DNA of 34,413 nt from a virus (taxonomy: Duplodnaviria > Caudoviricetes): positions 1-34,413 of the IMG/VR virus record IMGVR_UViG_3300025503_000164; one strand, given 5' to 3'. Of the stretch, positions 24,433-34,116 are shown in pieces. Made by a program: the position numbers and the translations under genes. Positions within the stretch are counted from its first letter, which is position 1; each line of letters begins with the position of its first letter. The notes below the pieces were generated by a model. The model did not search any database, was not told the origin of the DNA, and saw nothing but the letters and a program-made list of their open reading frames with translations.

Positions 24433-27297
24433 GTGAACCGTTTGCCGGAGTCCCGCGAGGCGCTGCATAAGGCGGCCGAGGCGCGGGCCGCCAAGTACCA
24501 CATCGCGTTCAAGGAGGGCGGCCACCTCACCCCGCCCGCCAACTACCCGACCGACGAGTCCCAGTACGGCGACCCTGTGAACTTCCGCTACCCCTGCGAC
24601 GACAGCCGCAAGGTGGCCGCCATCACCCGGTACAACGACAGCGCGAACCGGACGAAGGGCGGCTACTCCACGGAGGAGTGGGCGGTCATCGGACGGCGCA
24701 TCGCCAAATTGGTCGGGGATGGCCACAGCCTCAAGGACGGCAAGATCGTCAAGCGCGAGGCGGCCACCGACGAGGCGATCGCCGATGCCGTCCAGATCCT
24801 CGACGAGCCCACCCCGGACGACCCGAGCCGGCCATTCCGGTTCCGCCTGCCGGTCATGCGGGCCAACGTGGTCAACGTCAACCGGCGCCTGTACCCCAGG
24901 GAACTGGTCGCCCAGGCGCTCGTCGACGCTGACCGCAGGGCCAAGCAGGGCGAGATGCTGGCCGAGAGCCCGCATCCCAAGTGGGTGCGCGGCGCTGACG
25001 GCCAGATCCACTTCCAGACCAACTACGCGAACACCGTGGCCCGCGTGATCGGGGCCATGATGGACGCGGCAGGCGTCGTCTATGCCGACTACGAGCTGGT
25101 CGACGGCAACCCCCTTGCCGCGACCATTCGCGGCATCGTCAAGACGGGCGCGAAGCTCGGCAGTTCGCTACGGGCCATCGGTGACACGGTGACCAAGGAG
25201 CTGAACGGCCAGCACGTCGCGGTCGCCAAGACGCTCGACATCAGGACGTGGGACCTCGTGCCCAACCCGGCCACCGCTGACGCCCTGGGCGTGCCGATCC
25301 CGCTGACCGACAGCGAGATCGCCGCGCTCCCGGATCCGGTGGCCGACCCCGAGCCCAACCCGGCCCCGCAAGGAGATGTGCCGCCAGTGCCCGAGAGCGC
25401 CACCCTCGACTCGATCCTCGACCAGAACCCGGCGATCAAGGCCGAGCTCGAGGCCCGACTGAAGGCGGCCGGTGAGGCCGCTGCCAAGCCCCTGCAGGAC
25501 GCCATCGCCGACCGCGACCGCAAGGAGGCCGCCGAGAAGGCGAAGGCCGAGGCGGTGGCGTTCGTCGACGCCGAGGTCGTCAAGCTCGACCGCTTCCCCG
25601 AGGCGGTGCGGCAGGCCATCGCCACGTCTGCCAAGACCGCCCCGACCCAGGAGCAGGCCAAGGCGATCCTCGACGCCGAGGTGGCGCAGGCCGACCGACT
25701 CGCGGCGGGCCTGGGCACCCAGCGCCTGGGCTTCACCGGCGACCCCGGCAGCCCCGGTGGAACCGCCAGCACCCAGGTTCCGGCCAAGGTGAACGAGCCC
25801 AGCCCGTACCTCGACTCGGCGAACGCGCTGCGCGACGCCCTGGAGGACTATGCGCACGGCCAGGGCTACAGCCCGGACACCAAGCTGCGGGCGATCAACG
25901 CGCCGCGCGTGAAGAAGATCCTCGACGCGTTCGACAAGGCCCACGCCCGGGCGATCGCCGACGAGATCCAGTTCCGCCGCGCCTTCGCCGACAGCGTGGC
26001 CCAGGGCCGTCCGCTGACCGACGCCGTGACCACCGCCACCGTCGTCAACCAGCCGTCCGTGGTGCGCACCATCATCGAGCAGCAGTTCCAGGAGCTCCAG
26101 GGGCTCCAGCTGGTCGAGGAGGGCGTGTTCGAGGGCCAGACGGCGTACATCCCGGTGGAGACCTACACCCGGGAGTCAACCGCCGCCACGAACCTGCAGG
26201 TCGCCGAGGGCGGCATCGTCGGCCGCGCCCGCGTGAACCTGTCCTACCTGCCGGTTGCCGGGCAGTACCGCAAGCTCGCCACGGTCATCAGCCGTGAGGT
26301 CGAGGAGATGATGCGGTCCGGCCCGCTGCACTACCAGGCGATCGCTCGGGCGCTGTTCCACGTCGGGTACGACATGCGGCGCCAGCTCGACCTGGACATC
26401 CACAACGAGCACCTGCAGGCCGCCGACGAGTACGGCTGTGTGGCGGTGACGGGCGAGTCCATCGCCTGGAACGCCGCCAGTCAGGTCCTCGTCGACGCCG
26501 CCACCAACCAGACGTACCTGCTGCCCCTGAAGGGCGGCGCGGCAAACACCCCCAACACCTACATCCCGCTCGTCCGGCCGCGCACGTCGACCTACCTCAC
26601 CTCGAACGGCCCGAACACCGTCACCACCAACGCCATCACCGCGTCGAACGGGTCGAACCTCACCATCGGCTCCTTCACCGCGGACGGCATCGTGACCGGC
26701 GGCGACTGCGCCATCGACTACGAGAACGGCCGCATCTACCTCGCCGCGGGGTCGGTGCTCACCTCGGGCAACTACACCCTGGCGTACAGCTACGCCACCA
26801 ACCTCGCCCTGTTCTCCACCGCCGTGCCCGACAGCGCGCCGTACAACGCGCAGCCGCAGGAGTGGTACTGGAACAACCTCGTCCACACGATTGGCCAGCA
26901 GAAGACGAAGATGGGCGAGGCCCCGGTGTTCTACACGCCCAACTTCGGCGTGTGCTCGCTGGCTACCGGCGAGCTGCTGTCCCAGGCGATCATGACGATG
27001 GGCCTGTTCAAGCAGGCGGGCACGGACGTCGACCAGGACGGCTTCATCGCCTACGTCAAGGGCATCCCGTTCATCGGGATCAACGCGCCCTGGAACGCGG
27101 GCGACAGCCGCATCCTCCTCGGCCAGCGTGGCGCCCAGAAGTTCTTCATCGGCCAGCCGCTGCAGATCGACGGCCCGTACGAGGTACGCGACCAGTCGAC
27201 GCTGCAGCTCACGGACGAGAAGGAGTTCCTGGCGACCACGATGGTCGCGCAGAAGACCCCGGTTCCGGCCCGTCTGCGCACGATCAAGCTGTACTAA
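24433..27297 (+). CDS. head polyprotein: DUF6582-like domain + T4 gp21-type prohead protease + scaffold + major capsid protein
   Basis: 'NVNRRLYP', 'ESPHP', 'GSSLRAIG' and 'WDLVPNPA' protease motifs; Ala/Glu/Lys helical scaffold; ~424-aa capsid-like C-terminal domain. Confidence 0.88.
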   Translation: MNRLPESREALHKAAEARAAKYHIAFKEGGHLTPPANYPTDESQYGDPVNFRYPCDDSRKVAAITRYNDSANRTKGGYSTEEWAVIGRRIAKLVGDGHSLKDGKIVKREAATDEAIADAVQILDEPTPDDPSRPFRFRLPVMRANVVNVNRRLYPRELVAQALVDADRRAKQGEMLAESPHPKWVRGADGQIHFQTNYANTVARVIGAMMDAAGVVYADYELVDGNPLAATIRGIVKTGAKLGSSLRAIGDTVTKELNGQHVAVAKTLDIRTWDLVPNPATADALGVPIPLTDSEIAALPDPVADPEPNPAPQGDVPPVPESATLDSILDQNPAIKAELEARLKAAGEAAAKPLQDAIADRDRKEAAEKAKAEAVAFVDAEVVKLDRFPEAVRQAIATSAKTAPTQEQAKAILDAEVAQADRLAAGLGTQRLGFTGDPGSPGGTASTQVPAKVNEPSPYLDSANALRDALEDYAHGQGYSPDTKLRAINAPRVKKILDAFDKAHARAIADEIQFRRAFADSVAQGRPLTDAVTTATVVNQPSVVRTIIEQQFQELQGLQLVEEGVFEGQTAYIPVETYTRESTAATNLQVAEGGIVGRARVNLSYLPVAGQYRKLATVISREVEEMMRSGPLHYQAIARALFHVGYDMRRQLDLDIHNEHLQAADEYGCVAVTGESIAWNAASQVLVDAATNQTYLLPLKGGAANTPNTYIPLVRPRTSTYLTSNGPNTVTTNAITASNGSNLTIGSFTADGIVTGGDCAIDYENGRIYLAAGSVLTSGNYTLAYSYATNLALFSTAVPDSAPYNAQPQEWYWNNLVHTIGQQKTKMGEAPVFYTPNFGVCSLATGELLSQAIMTMGLFKQAGTDVDQDGFIAYVKGIPFIGINAPWNAGDSRILLGQRGAQKFFIGQPLQIDGPYEVRDQSTLQLTDEKEFLATTMVAQKTPVPARLRTIKLY

Positions 27298-27380
27298 TCG
27301 CCTGCGCGCACAGCGCGCCTCGGTTGACCGGCCGTGGGTAGCCACCCCCACGGCCTAACTCTGTCTGGAGGTGACGAGCC

Positions 27381-27587
27381 TTGGACCGTGACCGGACCCA
27401 CCAGGCGGCCATCGACGACACGGAGCGCACGCACCGCGTTGGCGGGCGGGGCGAGCAGTCCACGAACGCCATGCGACCCGTCGCCGACCGGAACGGCGTG
27501 AACGACCCGGCCGACCCCGGCCTCAATCCGCCCGGCCGTATCGGCGGCGTGACCAACCCGGGCGGCGCCCCGACGTTCATCAAGTAG
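27381..27587 (+). CDS. small virion-region protein
   Basis: GGAGGTG SD with TTG start; 68 aa. Confidence 0.65.
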   Translation: MDRDRTHQAAIDDTERTHRVGGRGEQSTNAMRPVADRNGVNDPADPGLNPPGRIGGVTNPGGAPTFIK

Positions 27588-27659
27588 CCTTCGGGCAGGG
27601 TGCGCTTCGAGCGCGGGAGGGCGCAGGAGGGGTGGGCCTGCGCGGAAAGGGGTGCCAGC

Positions 27660-27887
27660 ATGGCGACTGACCTGAACCCGTCCCTGGCCGCCGGCGGCAA
27701 CACCGTCATGACCACCTCGAACAAGATCGTGTTCCCGGGCGAGACGTACAGCACGCTGCCGACGCCGCCCGACAGCCAGGTGAACAGCATGACGGTCAAG
27801 CAGGTGGGCAGCGGCCTGACGGCGGTCAACGTCGAGGTCGACCCCACGAACGGCACGACCGACCCGACCACCCTGTCGGGCAACTAA
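27660..27887 (+). CDS. small virion-region protein
   Basis: AAGGGG SD, ATG at 27660, 75 aa, GC3 bias. Confidence 0.7.
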   Translation: MATDLNPSLAAGGNTVMTTSNKIVFPGETYSTLPTPPDSQVNSMTVKQVGSGLTAVNVEVDPTNGTTDPTTLSGN

Positions 27888-27991
27888 GGTGAGGGCGCTC
27901 CACACCGGAGCGCGCCCCCGATTTGACCACCGGGGCCGCCTCACCATGCCCGGCGAGTTCCATGAGGTTCCCAAGCAGGAGGTGAAGGCGG

Positions 27992-28198
27992 ATGTGGCCG
28001 ACGCAGCTGTACGCGCTGAAGCTCCAGCCGTCGCTGACCCTGACGGAGGGGGACAGCCTGTTCGCCGAGGGCGTCGCCCGCGAGGCGCAGACGTCGGACC
28101 TTCCGAGCCAGGGGCAGACCCCGGTGGCACTGGAGACGACGGCCCTGACTGACCAGGGCCTCGACACCACCGGCATCGAGAAGGTGGCGCAGGGATGA
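27992..28198 (+). CDS. small virion-region protein
   Basis: GGAGGTG SD; ATGA coupling to the next gene. Confidence 0.65.
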   Translation: MWPTQLYALKLQPSLTLTEGDSLFAEGVAREAQTSDLPSQGQTPVALETTALTDQGLDTTGIEKVAQG

Positions 28199-28809
28199 GC
28201 CCCTTCCTCGGCCCCCAGGTGCTCCCGGCCGCCATCAGCGGGCCGATGGAGCAGCAGTCCGTCGTGTCCACCTCGGGCACGGTCACGCTGTCGATGGACA
28301 AGAACGCGGGCATCGCGGTGGACTCGAGCCCCACGCTCGTGTGGCCGACCGCCGAGGTGCAGCTTCTGCTCGTGCAGGGTGCGCTCAGGGTCTCGACTGC
28401 CGACACGGCCGACGAGCAGCAGGCGGCGCTCCAGATCGCCCAGCCCGAACCGGTGTGGGCGTTCCAGAACGTCGCCATCGCCGCCAACGGCAACAGCGGG
28501 TTTTTCAAGGTCGCGAACCCGTCGCGGGCCAAGGCCATGTCCTTCACCTACGACATCACGCCCAGCGGGACGGCCACCGGCCAGATCGCCGTGTACCCGC
28601 CGCAGTTGAACGCGGACGGCACCCTGAGCGAGACCAACCCCGACGACACCATCTGGGTGAGCAGCAACAGCCTGACGGGCCAGAACACCCTGGCTGCCTC
28701 GGATGTGAGCGCCGACATGAGCCAGTACGACTGGTTCTTCGTGGCGATCTGGGCGGGCAGCGTCGCCATCACCGCCGCATCGCTCGGCGTGTTCCTGGGT
28801 CCGAGCTAA
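28195..28809 (+). CDS. beta-rich virion accessory/decoration protein
   Basis: 204 aa, Ser/Thr/Ala-rich; lies between capsid and neck genes. Confidence 0.7.
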   Translation: MSPFLGPQVLPAAISGPMEQQSVVSTSGTVTLSMDKNAGIAVDSSPTLVWPTAEVQLLLVQGALRVSTADTADEQQAALQIAQPEPVWAFQNVAIAANGNSGFFKVANPSRAKAMSFTYDITPSGTATGQIAVYPPQLNADGTLSETNPDDTIWVSSNSLTGQNTLAASDVSADMSQYDWFFVAIWAGSVAITAASLGVFLGPS

Positions 28810-28821
28810 GGGGGAAGCGCG

Positions 28822-29778
28822 GTGGCAACCATCGGCGACTTCCTCCAGCAGACCCGCTCGTTCATCCGAGACACCGGCCTGTACACCACGCTCACCGCCG
28901 TCGCGCCCGCTGGATCGCAGTCGATCCAGCCGATGTCGGTGTCGCGGATCAAGCAGGGGCAGGTCTTGTCGCTCGACACGATGGCGAGCGGCATTCAGGA
29001 GCAGGTCACCGTCCAGTCGGTCTCGGGCCTCACGGTGAACCTCGCCTCACCGACCCTGCTCGAACACGCCGAGGGCGCCGTCGTGTCGGCCCTCGCGTTC
29101 GACGACACGGAGCTGACGGATCTCGTTCAGGCGGCCGTCGCCGACTACTCGCGGTGGAAGCCGTACCTGAACGAGTACACCCTGAACATCCAGGCGGGCG
29201 TGTCGGTCTACCAACTGCCCACCGACTGGATCACACGCGACCCGATCTCCTGGCGCCGGGCGACCCGCCCCCTGTCCTACCCCCGCATCGACCCGCTGGG
29301 GATGGGGGACTGGGACGGCGCGTTCGTTTGGCCCACGACGCTCTCCACCGACCAGCCTGACGGGCCCCCGGTCCAGGTCGTGTGGTACGACGCCCAGCAG
29401 CAGGTGACGATCGACCCAACCCCCACGGCGGCGACGACCATCGGGCCGTTTCGCTACTTCGCCATGCACGTCGTCGCCGCTGACAGCAGCACCATCGCGG
29501 CCCAGGATCAGGGGTTCGTCTGCCGGTTCGCCGCCGCCCAGGCACTTCGGGCGCTCGCCGTCGATCAGACGAAGCTCTCGAAGTACAGCGTGGGCGGCTC
29601 CGCTCTCGCCGTCGACCAGTCCAAGGTGCCAGACCAGCTCATCGCCCAGGCGGCGGCCCATGAGGCGATGTACGACGAGCGGGTGCGCAAGCGCGCCATC
29701 CTCACCGACGACTCCGACGACCACATGGTCAGGCCGGTCCGGGTCTTCCCGGTCGATCTGCCCTATACGGGGTGGTGA
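28822..29778 (+). CDS. putative head-tail adaptor
   Basis: Position; helical N- and C-termini flanking beta insertions. Confidence 0.6.
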   Translation: MATIGDFLQQTRSFIRDTGLYTTLTAVAPAGSQSIQPMSVSRIKQGQVLSLDTMASGIQEQVTVQSVSGLTVNLASPTLLEHAEGAVVSALAFDDTELTDLVQAAVADYSRWKPYLNEYTLNIQAGVSVYQLPTDWITRDPISWRRATRPLSYPRIDPLGMGDWDGAFVWPTTLSTDQPDGPPVQVVWYDAQQQVTIDPTPTAATTIGPFRYFAMHVVAADSSTIAAQDQGFVCRFAAAQALRALAVDQTKLSKYSVGGSALAVDQSKVPDQLIAQAAAHEAMYDERVRKRAILTDDSDDHMVRPVRVFPVDLPYTGW

Positions 29779-29780
29779 GT

Positions 29781-30164
29781 ATGCCGCTCGGCAACTTCCC
29801 GTTTGGGCGTGTGGCCTCGGACGCCCTGGCGATCATCGGCCAGAACGGCATCGCGGCGAGCCTGAGGCGCGTTACCGGCCAAACCGCTTACACGCCGATG
29901 GGCACGGCGCAGCCGACCCAGGCGACGATCACGTTCCAGTTCGCGCTGGTGAAGGATCAGCCGGACGAGTTGCAGACCCTCGCCGGTGGCCGGGTCAAGG
30001 AGGTGCTGGAGGGCCTTGTCGCCCCCGGCACCGTCCTGCTGAACGACCAGATCACCTGGAACGGCCTGCCGTACCTCGTGACCGGCGTGTTCCCGTACGA
30101 GTTGGGCGGCGTCATGGCCGCTCAGAAGTTCCATGCCGAAAGGGCGGTGGTGCCCGGTGCGTAA
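29781..30164 (+). CDS. putative head-closure protein
   Basis: Size and position; 'NDQITWNGLPYLVTGV' pattern. Confidence 0.65.
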   Translation: MPLGNFPFGRVASDALAIIGQNGIAASLRRVTGQTAYTPMGTAQPTQATITFQFALVKDQPDELQTLAGGRVKEVLEGLVAPGTVLLNDQITWNGLPYLVTGVFPYELGGVMAAQKFHAERAVVPGA

Positions 30165-30642
30165 CACGTCGTTCTCCAAGATGATCTCCTGGGCCGGGGC
30201 CACCGCCCCGAAGCTTGCCGCCGCAGCGGCGCCAGTGGTGGCGACGACCGCGGTCAAGGTGCAGGCGCGAGCGATGAACAAGATCGGCCACTACCAGCCG
30301 GCCGTTGGACCCTTCAACGCCTGGCAGACGCTCGCCCCGGTCACCCTCGCCCAGAAGCAGCGCGCCGGGGCGGCCGGTGACGACCCGCTCATTGGCTACT
30401 ACCCGGCGGGGTCGGCAAACGAGGTGTGGCCGGTCGCTCTGCGGGCGAGCATCGAGATCGCGCAGCACACCCCGCTCGTCGCCGAGGTGGGCACCAACGA
30501 CCCGATCGGCCCCTGGCAGGAGTTCGGCACCTCCAGGGGCATCCCGCCGCGCCCGTTCATGCGGCCTTCGGGATACGAGGAGGCCCAGGACTTCAAGAGG
30601 GCGATGGAGGCGGTCATCCTCGCGGTGGCCGCTGGCCTCTGA
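30157..30642 (+). CDS. HK97 gp10-like / virion morphogenesis neck protein
   Basis: 'VGTN....WQEFGTSRGIPPRPFMRP' motif. Confidence 0.82.
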   Translation: MRNTSFSKMISWAGATAPKLAAAAAPVVATTAVKVQARAMNKIGHYQPAVGPFNAWQTLAPVTLAQKQRAGAAGDDPLIGYYPAGSANEVWPVALRASIEIAQHTPLVAEVGTNDPIGPWQEFGTSRGIPPRPFMRPSGYEEAQDFKRAMEAVILAVAAGL

Positions 30643-31196
30643 TGGCGACGAGCCCGACGACCGACCAGCTGGAGCAGCTGATGTCGGCGCTGGTCACGCT
30701 CGCCATGGGGGCCGCAACCTCGCCCGCCATCACGCAGGCGATGGGCGCCTGGCCCGACGCGGCGTTCTTTCAGGAGGACAGGAACCTCCCGGCCATGTTC
30801 TTCCTCGTGGCCGGGGCGCGGCCGTTGACCTCCAGGCAGAGGTGGTATCCCTTCGCCGTCGTGCCGAACGGCGATGGAACGGTCACCAAGTACTTCGAGG
30901 TCGCCAAGATCGGCTACATGATCGACCTGCACGCGGTCGCAAACACGCGCGAGGACGCCGTGAACATCGCCAAGGCGGTCGCCGACGCCATCGACGAGCA
31001 GCAGGACATCCCGCTGCCCGGTGGCGTCGGTAACTCTCTGGCGACGTTCATGGGCGACGCCCTGCCGTACACCGACCAGTCGCTCAACGTGTACCACCGC
31101 GTCCTCACCTACCAGTTCCAACTGCGAAGGCTGATGGCCGTCACGTCGCCCATCGTGCAGGCGATCCAGCTCAACACGACGATCCAGGGGGGATAG
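30642..31196 (+). CDS. putative tail terminator/completion protein
   Basis: TGATG coupling; positioned before the sheath gene. Confidence 0.65.
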   Translation: MATSPTTDQLEQLMSALVTLAMGAATSPAITQAMGAWPDAAFFQEDRNLPAMFFLVAGARPLTSRQRWYPFAVVPNGDGTVTKYFEVAKIGYMIDLHAVANTREDAVNIAKAVADAIDEQQDIPLPGGVGNSLATFMGDALPYTDQSLNVYHRVLTYQFQLRRLMAVTSPIVQAIQLNTTIQGG

Positions 31197-31200
31197 GCTC

Positions 31201-33021
31201 ATGCCAATCGTGCCGAACCTGCCGGCGAACGCTCCGGACGCGGTGTACGCGCTGCTCCAGCAGGCCGTTGCCTCCGTCCCGGCCTCGCCGAACGCCAACC
31301 AGGTTGCCGTCGTCGGCACCTTCAACTCGGGGCCGGTGGGAACGCCGACCCTGGTCTCGAGCCCGCAGCAACTCGTCGACGTGTTCGGCACGGACGAGGC
31401 GGGCCTGACCGGCTGGATGGAGGCGTACACCGCGCTCCTTCAGGGCGGTGCGATCTGGGTGGTCCGCATCACGGACGGCACGGACGTGGCGGCCTCGGCC
31501 ACCGTGAATCAGGCGAGCGGCGGGCAGGCCGGGGCGCGGTTCGTCTCCCCGTACACCGGGGACGACAACAACGGCGCCCAGGTCATCGTCGCGGCCGGTT
31601 CCGTGAGCGGGGCGAACAACATCCAGCTCGTCCAGGGGTCCAAGATCGAGAACTACGTCAACGTGTCGTTCGCCCAGAGCGTGCCCACCGGGGCGAGCTA
31701 CGGCGTGACCGCGATGGCCGGTTCGCAGATCGCCCCCGGCCTGCTGCCGGTCGTCACCTCGCCAAGCGTCGCTCCGACCGTCACCCCCAGCACCACCGGG
31801 GGCACGATGGCCCAGGGCGAGGTCTACGGCAAGATGTGGTGGTCGACCGCTGCGGGCAACACGATCCCCGGCCCCGAGTTCAGCTTTAACCTGACCGGCA
31901 GCGGCAGCACCAACAGCGCGAGCATCGCACCCCCGGCGGCGCCGACCGAGGCGACCGGCTGGGGCGTGAGCCTGTCTGCCGCGTCTGACGGGGAGGAGTA
32001 CGTCGCCGGTACGGCCACGTCGCCCACCGCCGCCATCGTCGTCACGTCCATCCCGACCACCGGCCAGGTCATCCCGGCCGATAACACCGCGACCTACTAC
32101 CCCACCGGGGCACTCGCCACCGGCACCTACCAGCTTTCGGGCGGCACGAACGGCACGACGGGCGTGACCCCCACCAGCTACGTCGGATCGAACACGAACG
32201 GGGTCCGCACCGGGATGCAGGCGCTCGCCGCCATGCCCTCGGGTGTGAACCTCGCCGCGTTCTGGTTCGCCGGGCAGTCCGACGCGACCGCCAACGCCAG
32301 TGCCAGCGAGTGGACCGAGAGCCACGGCGCGGTGTTCTGCGCGAACATGCCCGCTGGCCTGTCGCCCACCGCCGCCGAGACCGTCGCTCAGACGCTCCAG
32401 ACCGCGGGCATCCCCGGCTGGACGATGGGCTGCTACAACTGGCAGACCTCGGTGAGCCCGTACACCGGCCTTAGCGTGCTGGTGAGCCCGGCGGCCTACG
32501 CCTGCGGCATCCTGGCGACGCTCAACCCCTGGCAGAGCCCCGGCAACAAGGCCATGGTCGGCAGCCTGGGGGGGCAGTACAACGTCTCGCTCATGGACGA
32601 CGGGCCGACCCTGCAGGGTGCGAACCTGTGCGGCATCGGCCCGATCGCCAGGGGTGGGAACGGCTTCATGTCCGGCCAGACGCTGGACGGCGGGGAGGTG
32701 TCGACCGCGCTCATGCGAGCCTACGTCGGCAACCTCACCACGTCCGTTCTGGGCCCGCTCGTCGAGGAAGCCATCGACGACCAGACCGAGAAGCAGGCGA
32801 CGCAGCTCCTCACCGGGGCGTGGCAGGCGATGCTCAAGGCCGGGGACATCGCGGCCTACAGCGTCGTGTGCGACTCGACCAACAACACCGCCCAGAGCGA
32901 GCAGGCCGGCAACCTCGTCGTCGACCAGGTGATCTCGCTCAACTACCGCGCCCGCCGGATCATCGCCCGTACCACGGTCGCCCCCGGCGCCCAGGTTCAG
33001 ACCAGCACGCAGGTCGCCTAA
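31201..33021 (+). CDS. contractile tail sheath protein
   Basis: 'VVGTFNSGPVGTPTLVSS...VFG', 'VVRI', 'LSGGTNG', 'YSVVCDSTNNT'. Confidence 0.92.
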   Translation: MPIVPNLPANAPDAVYALLQQAVASVPASPNANQVAVVGTFNSGPVGTPTLVSSPQQLVDVFGTDEAGLTGWMEAYTALLQGGAIWVVRITDGTDVAASATVNQASGGQAGARFVSPYTGDDNNGAQVIVAAGSVSGANNIQLVQGSKIENYVNVSFAQSVPTGASYGVTAMAGSQIAPGLLPVVTSPSVAPTVTPSTTGGTMAQGEVYGKMWWSTAAGNTIPGPEFSFNLTGSGSTNSASIAPPAAPTEATGWGVSLSAASDGEEYVAGTATSPTAAIVVTSIPTTGQVIPADNTATYYPTGALATGTYQLSGGTNGTTGVTPTSYVGSNTNGVRTGMQALAAMPSGVNLAAFWFAGQSDATANASASEWTESHGAVFCANMPAGLSPTAAETVAQTLQTAGIPGWTMGCYNWQTSVSPYTGLSVLVSPAAYACGILATLNPWQSPGNKAMVGSLGGQYNVSLMDDGPTLQGANLCGIGPIARGGNGFMSGQTLDGGEVSTALMRAYVGNLTTSVLGPLVEEAIDDQTEKQATQLLTGAWQAMLKAGDIAAYSVVCDSTNNTAQSEQAGNLVVDQVISLNYRARRIIARTTVAPGAQVQTSTQVA

Positions 33022-33061
33022 CCGACCGGCGACCGTTTCCGTGAAGGGAGGACGATGACGG

Positions 33062-33517
33062 ATGGCGGGTCCGAACGTGCAGGGCGGCGACCGCATCCTT
33101 GGTCGTCAGGTACTCATCCAGATCAGCGGGCCGTCGGGCCTCATCGACTGGGGCGAGTGCGACGACTTCGAGCCCGAGGACCAGTCCAAGACGATCAGCA
33201 ACCAGCCGCTCGGGCAGGCAAGGCCGCGGCCTCAATACGTGCCGGGCGACTGGAAGCTGTCGTTCAAGGGCGCGATGATCGACGGCACGGTGGACGGCAT
33301 CGTGACCGACGCCGAGAACGCCGTCGAGGCGTACAGCGAGCCGCCCCGGTACACGGTGTCCGAGACCGTGTACTACTACGACGGCACCGCCCAGGCGTTC
33401 ACCTACCCGGACGTGGTGCTGTTCGGCTTCAAGAAGTCCGCCGCCAAGGCCGACGAGGCGATCACCTGGAACTTCTCGGGCCAGTGCAGCCAGCGCCTCG
33501 CCGGCAAGCGTTCCTAG
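33062..33517 (+). CDS. tail tube protein
   Basis: 151 aa, beta-rich, directly after the sheath gene. Confidence 0.8.
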   Translation: MAGPNVQGGDRILGRQVLIQISGPSGLIDWGECDDFEPEDQSKTISNQPLGQARPRPQYVPGDWKLSFKGAMIDGTVDGIVTDAENAVEAYSEPPRYTVSETVYYYDGTAQAFTYPDVVLFGFKKSAAKADEAITWNFSGQCSQRLAGKRS

Positions 33518-33548
33518 AATCCGGGGTTCGAGTAACAGGAGGGCTCCG

Positions 33549-33977
33549 ATGGACGGGCTGACCAAGGAGACGGTCGAAATCACCCTTCCCACCGGAAGGG
33601 TCGCCGTCATCCGAGAGACCGATGGGGCCGACGAGGAGGCCGTCGACCGGCTGGTGCGGCAGATGACCAACATCGAAACCGGCGTCCAGTACGCCACCGC
33701 GTTCGGCAAGGCGCTCATGCTGACGAGCGTGGTGAGCGTCGACGGGGTGAAGCTCCCGCCGTTCCGCAAGGTGCTGGACTACCGGCAGGTCGCGGGCGGG
33801 TTCAAGTCGAGCGAGCTGCGCGCCATCGAGAAGGCGAGCAGCGCCCTCAACGGCATGGCTGACGACTCGGGGGAAGCCGATGGCGACGCCTCGCAAGACG
33901 AGGATGGTTCCGAGAGTGCGTCGCCCTCGTCCGCGCCGGGTTCTCGTGGGAGGCGGCACGCGGCCTCACGCGAGTAG
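33549..33977 (+). CDS. tail assembly chaperone (zero-frame form)
   Basis: 'ITLPTGRVAVIRE' pattern; lies between tube and tape measure genes. Confidence 0.82.
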   Translation: MDGLTKETVEITLPTGRVAVIRETDGADEEAVDRLVRQMTNIETGVQYATAFGKALMLTSVVSVDGVKLPPFRKVLDYRQVAGGFKSSELRAIEKASSALNGMADDSGEADGDASQDEDGSESASPSSAPGSRGRRHAASRE

Positions 33978-34048
33978 AACGCAGGGCGGCCTTCGAGGTC
34001 CTGCAAGAGATCGACGAGGCCATCGCCGACAGCATGAAGGGGGTCTGA
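33869..34048 (+). CDS. tail assembly chaperone -1 frameshift extension
   Basis: Slippery GGGGGAA at 33869-33875. The -1 frame opens after TGA 33860 and reads ...WFRECVALVRAGFSWEAARGLTRVERRAAFEVL...KGV*. Confidence 0.75.
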   Translation, partial: GGSRWRRLARRGWFRECVALVRAGFSWEAARGLTRVERRAAFEVLQEIDEAIADSMKGV

Positions 34049-34061
34049 CCCCCCGCCTTTA

Positions 34062-34083
34062 CCGCCGAGGGGCGGCTTTTTTG
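34062..34083 (+). terminator. intrinsic terminator before the tape measure gene
   Basis: CCGCC-gagg-GGCGG followed by CTTTTTTG. Confidence 0.6.
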
Positions 34084-34116
34084 TTGTCCAGACCGCCTTT
34101 TGGGGAGTGACGGGCG

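Noticed and set aside
20598-33096. Long antisense ORFs (e.g. 21970-25011, 20598-22664, 31171-33096)
   Set aside because: Shadows of GC3-biased plus-strand genes; no SD and no recognisable motifs.
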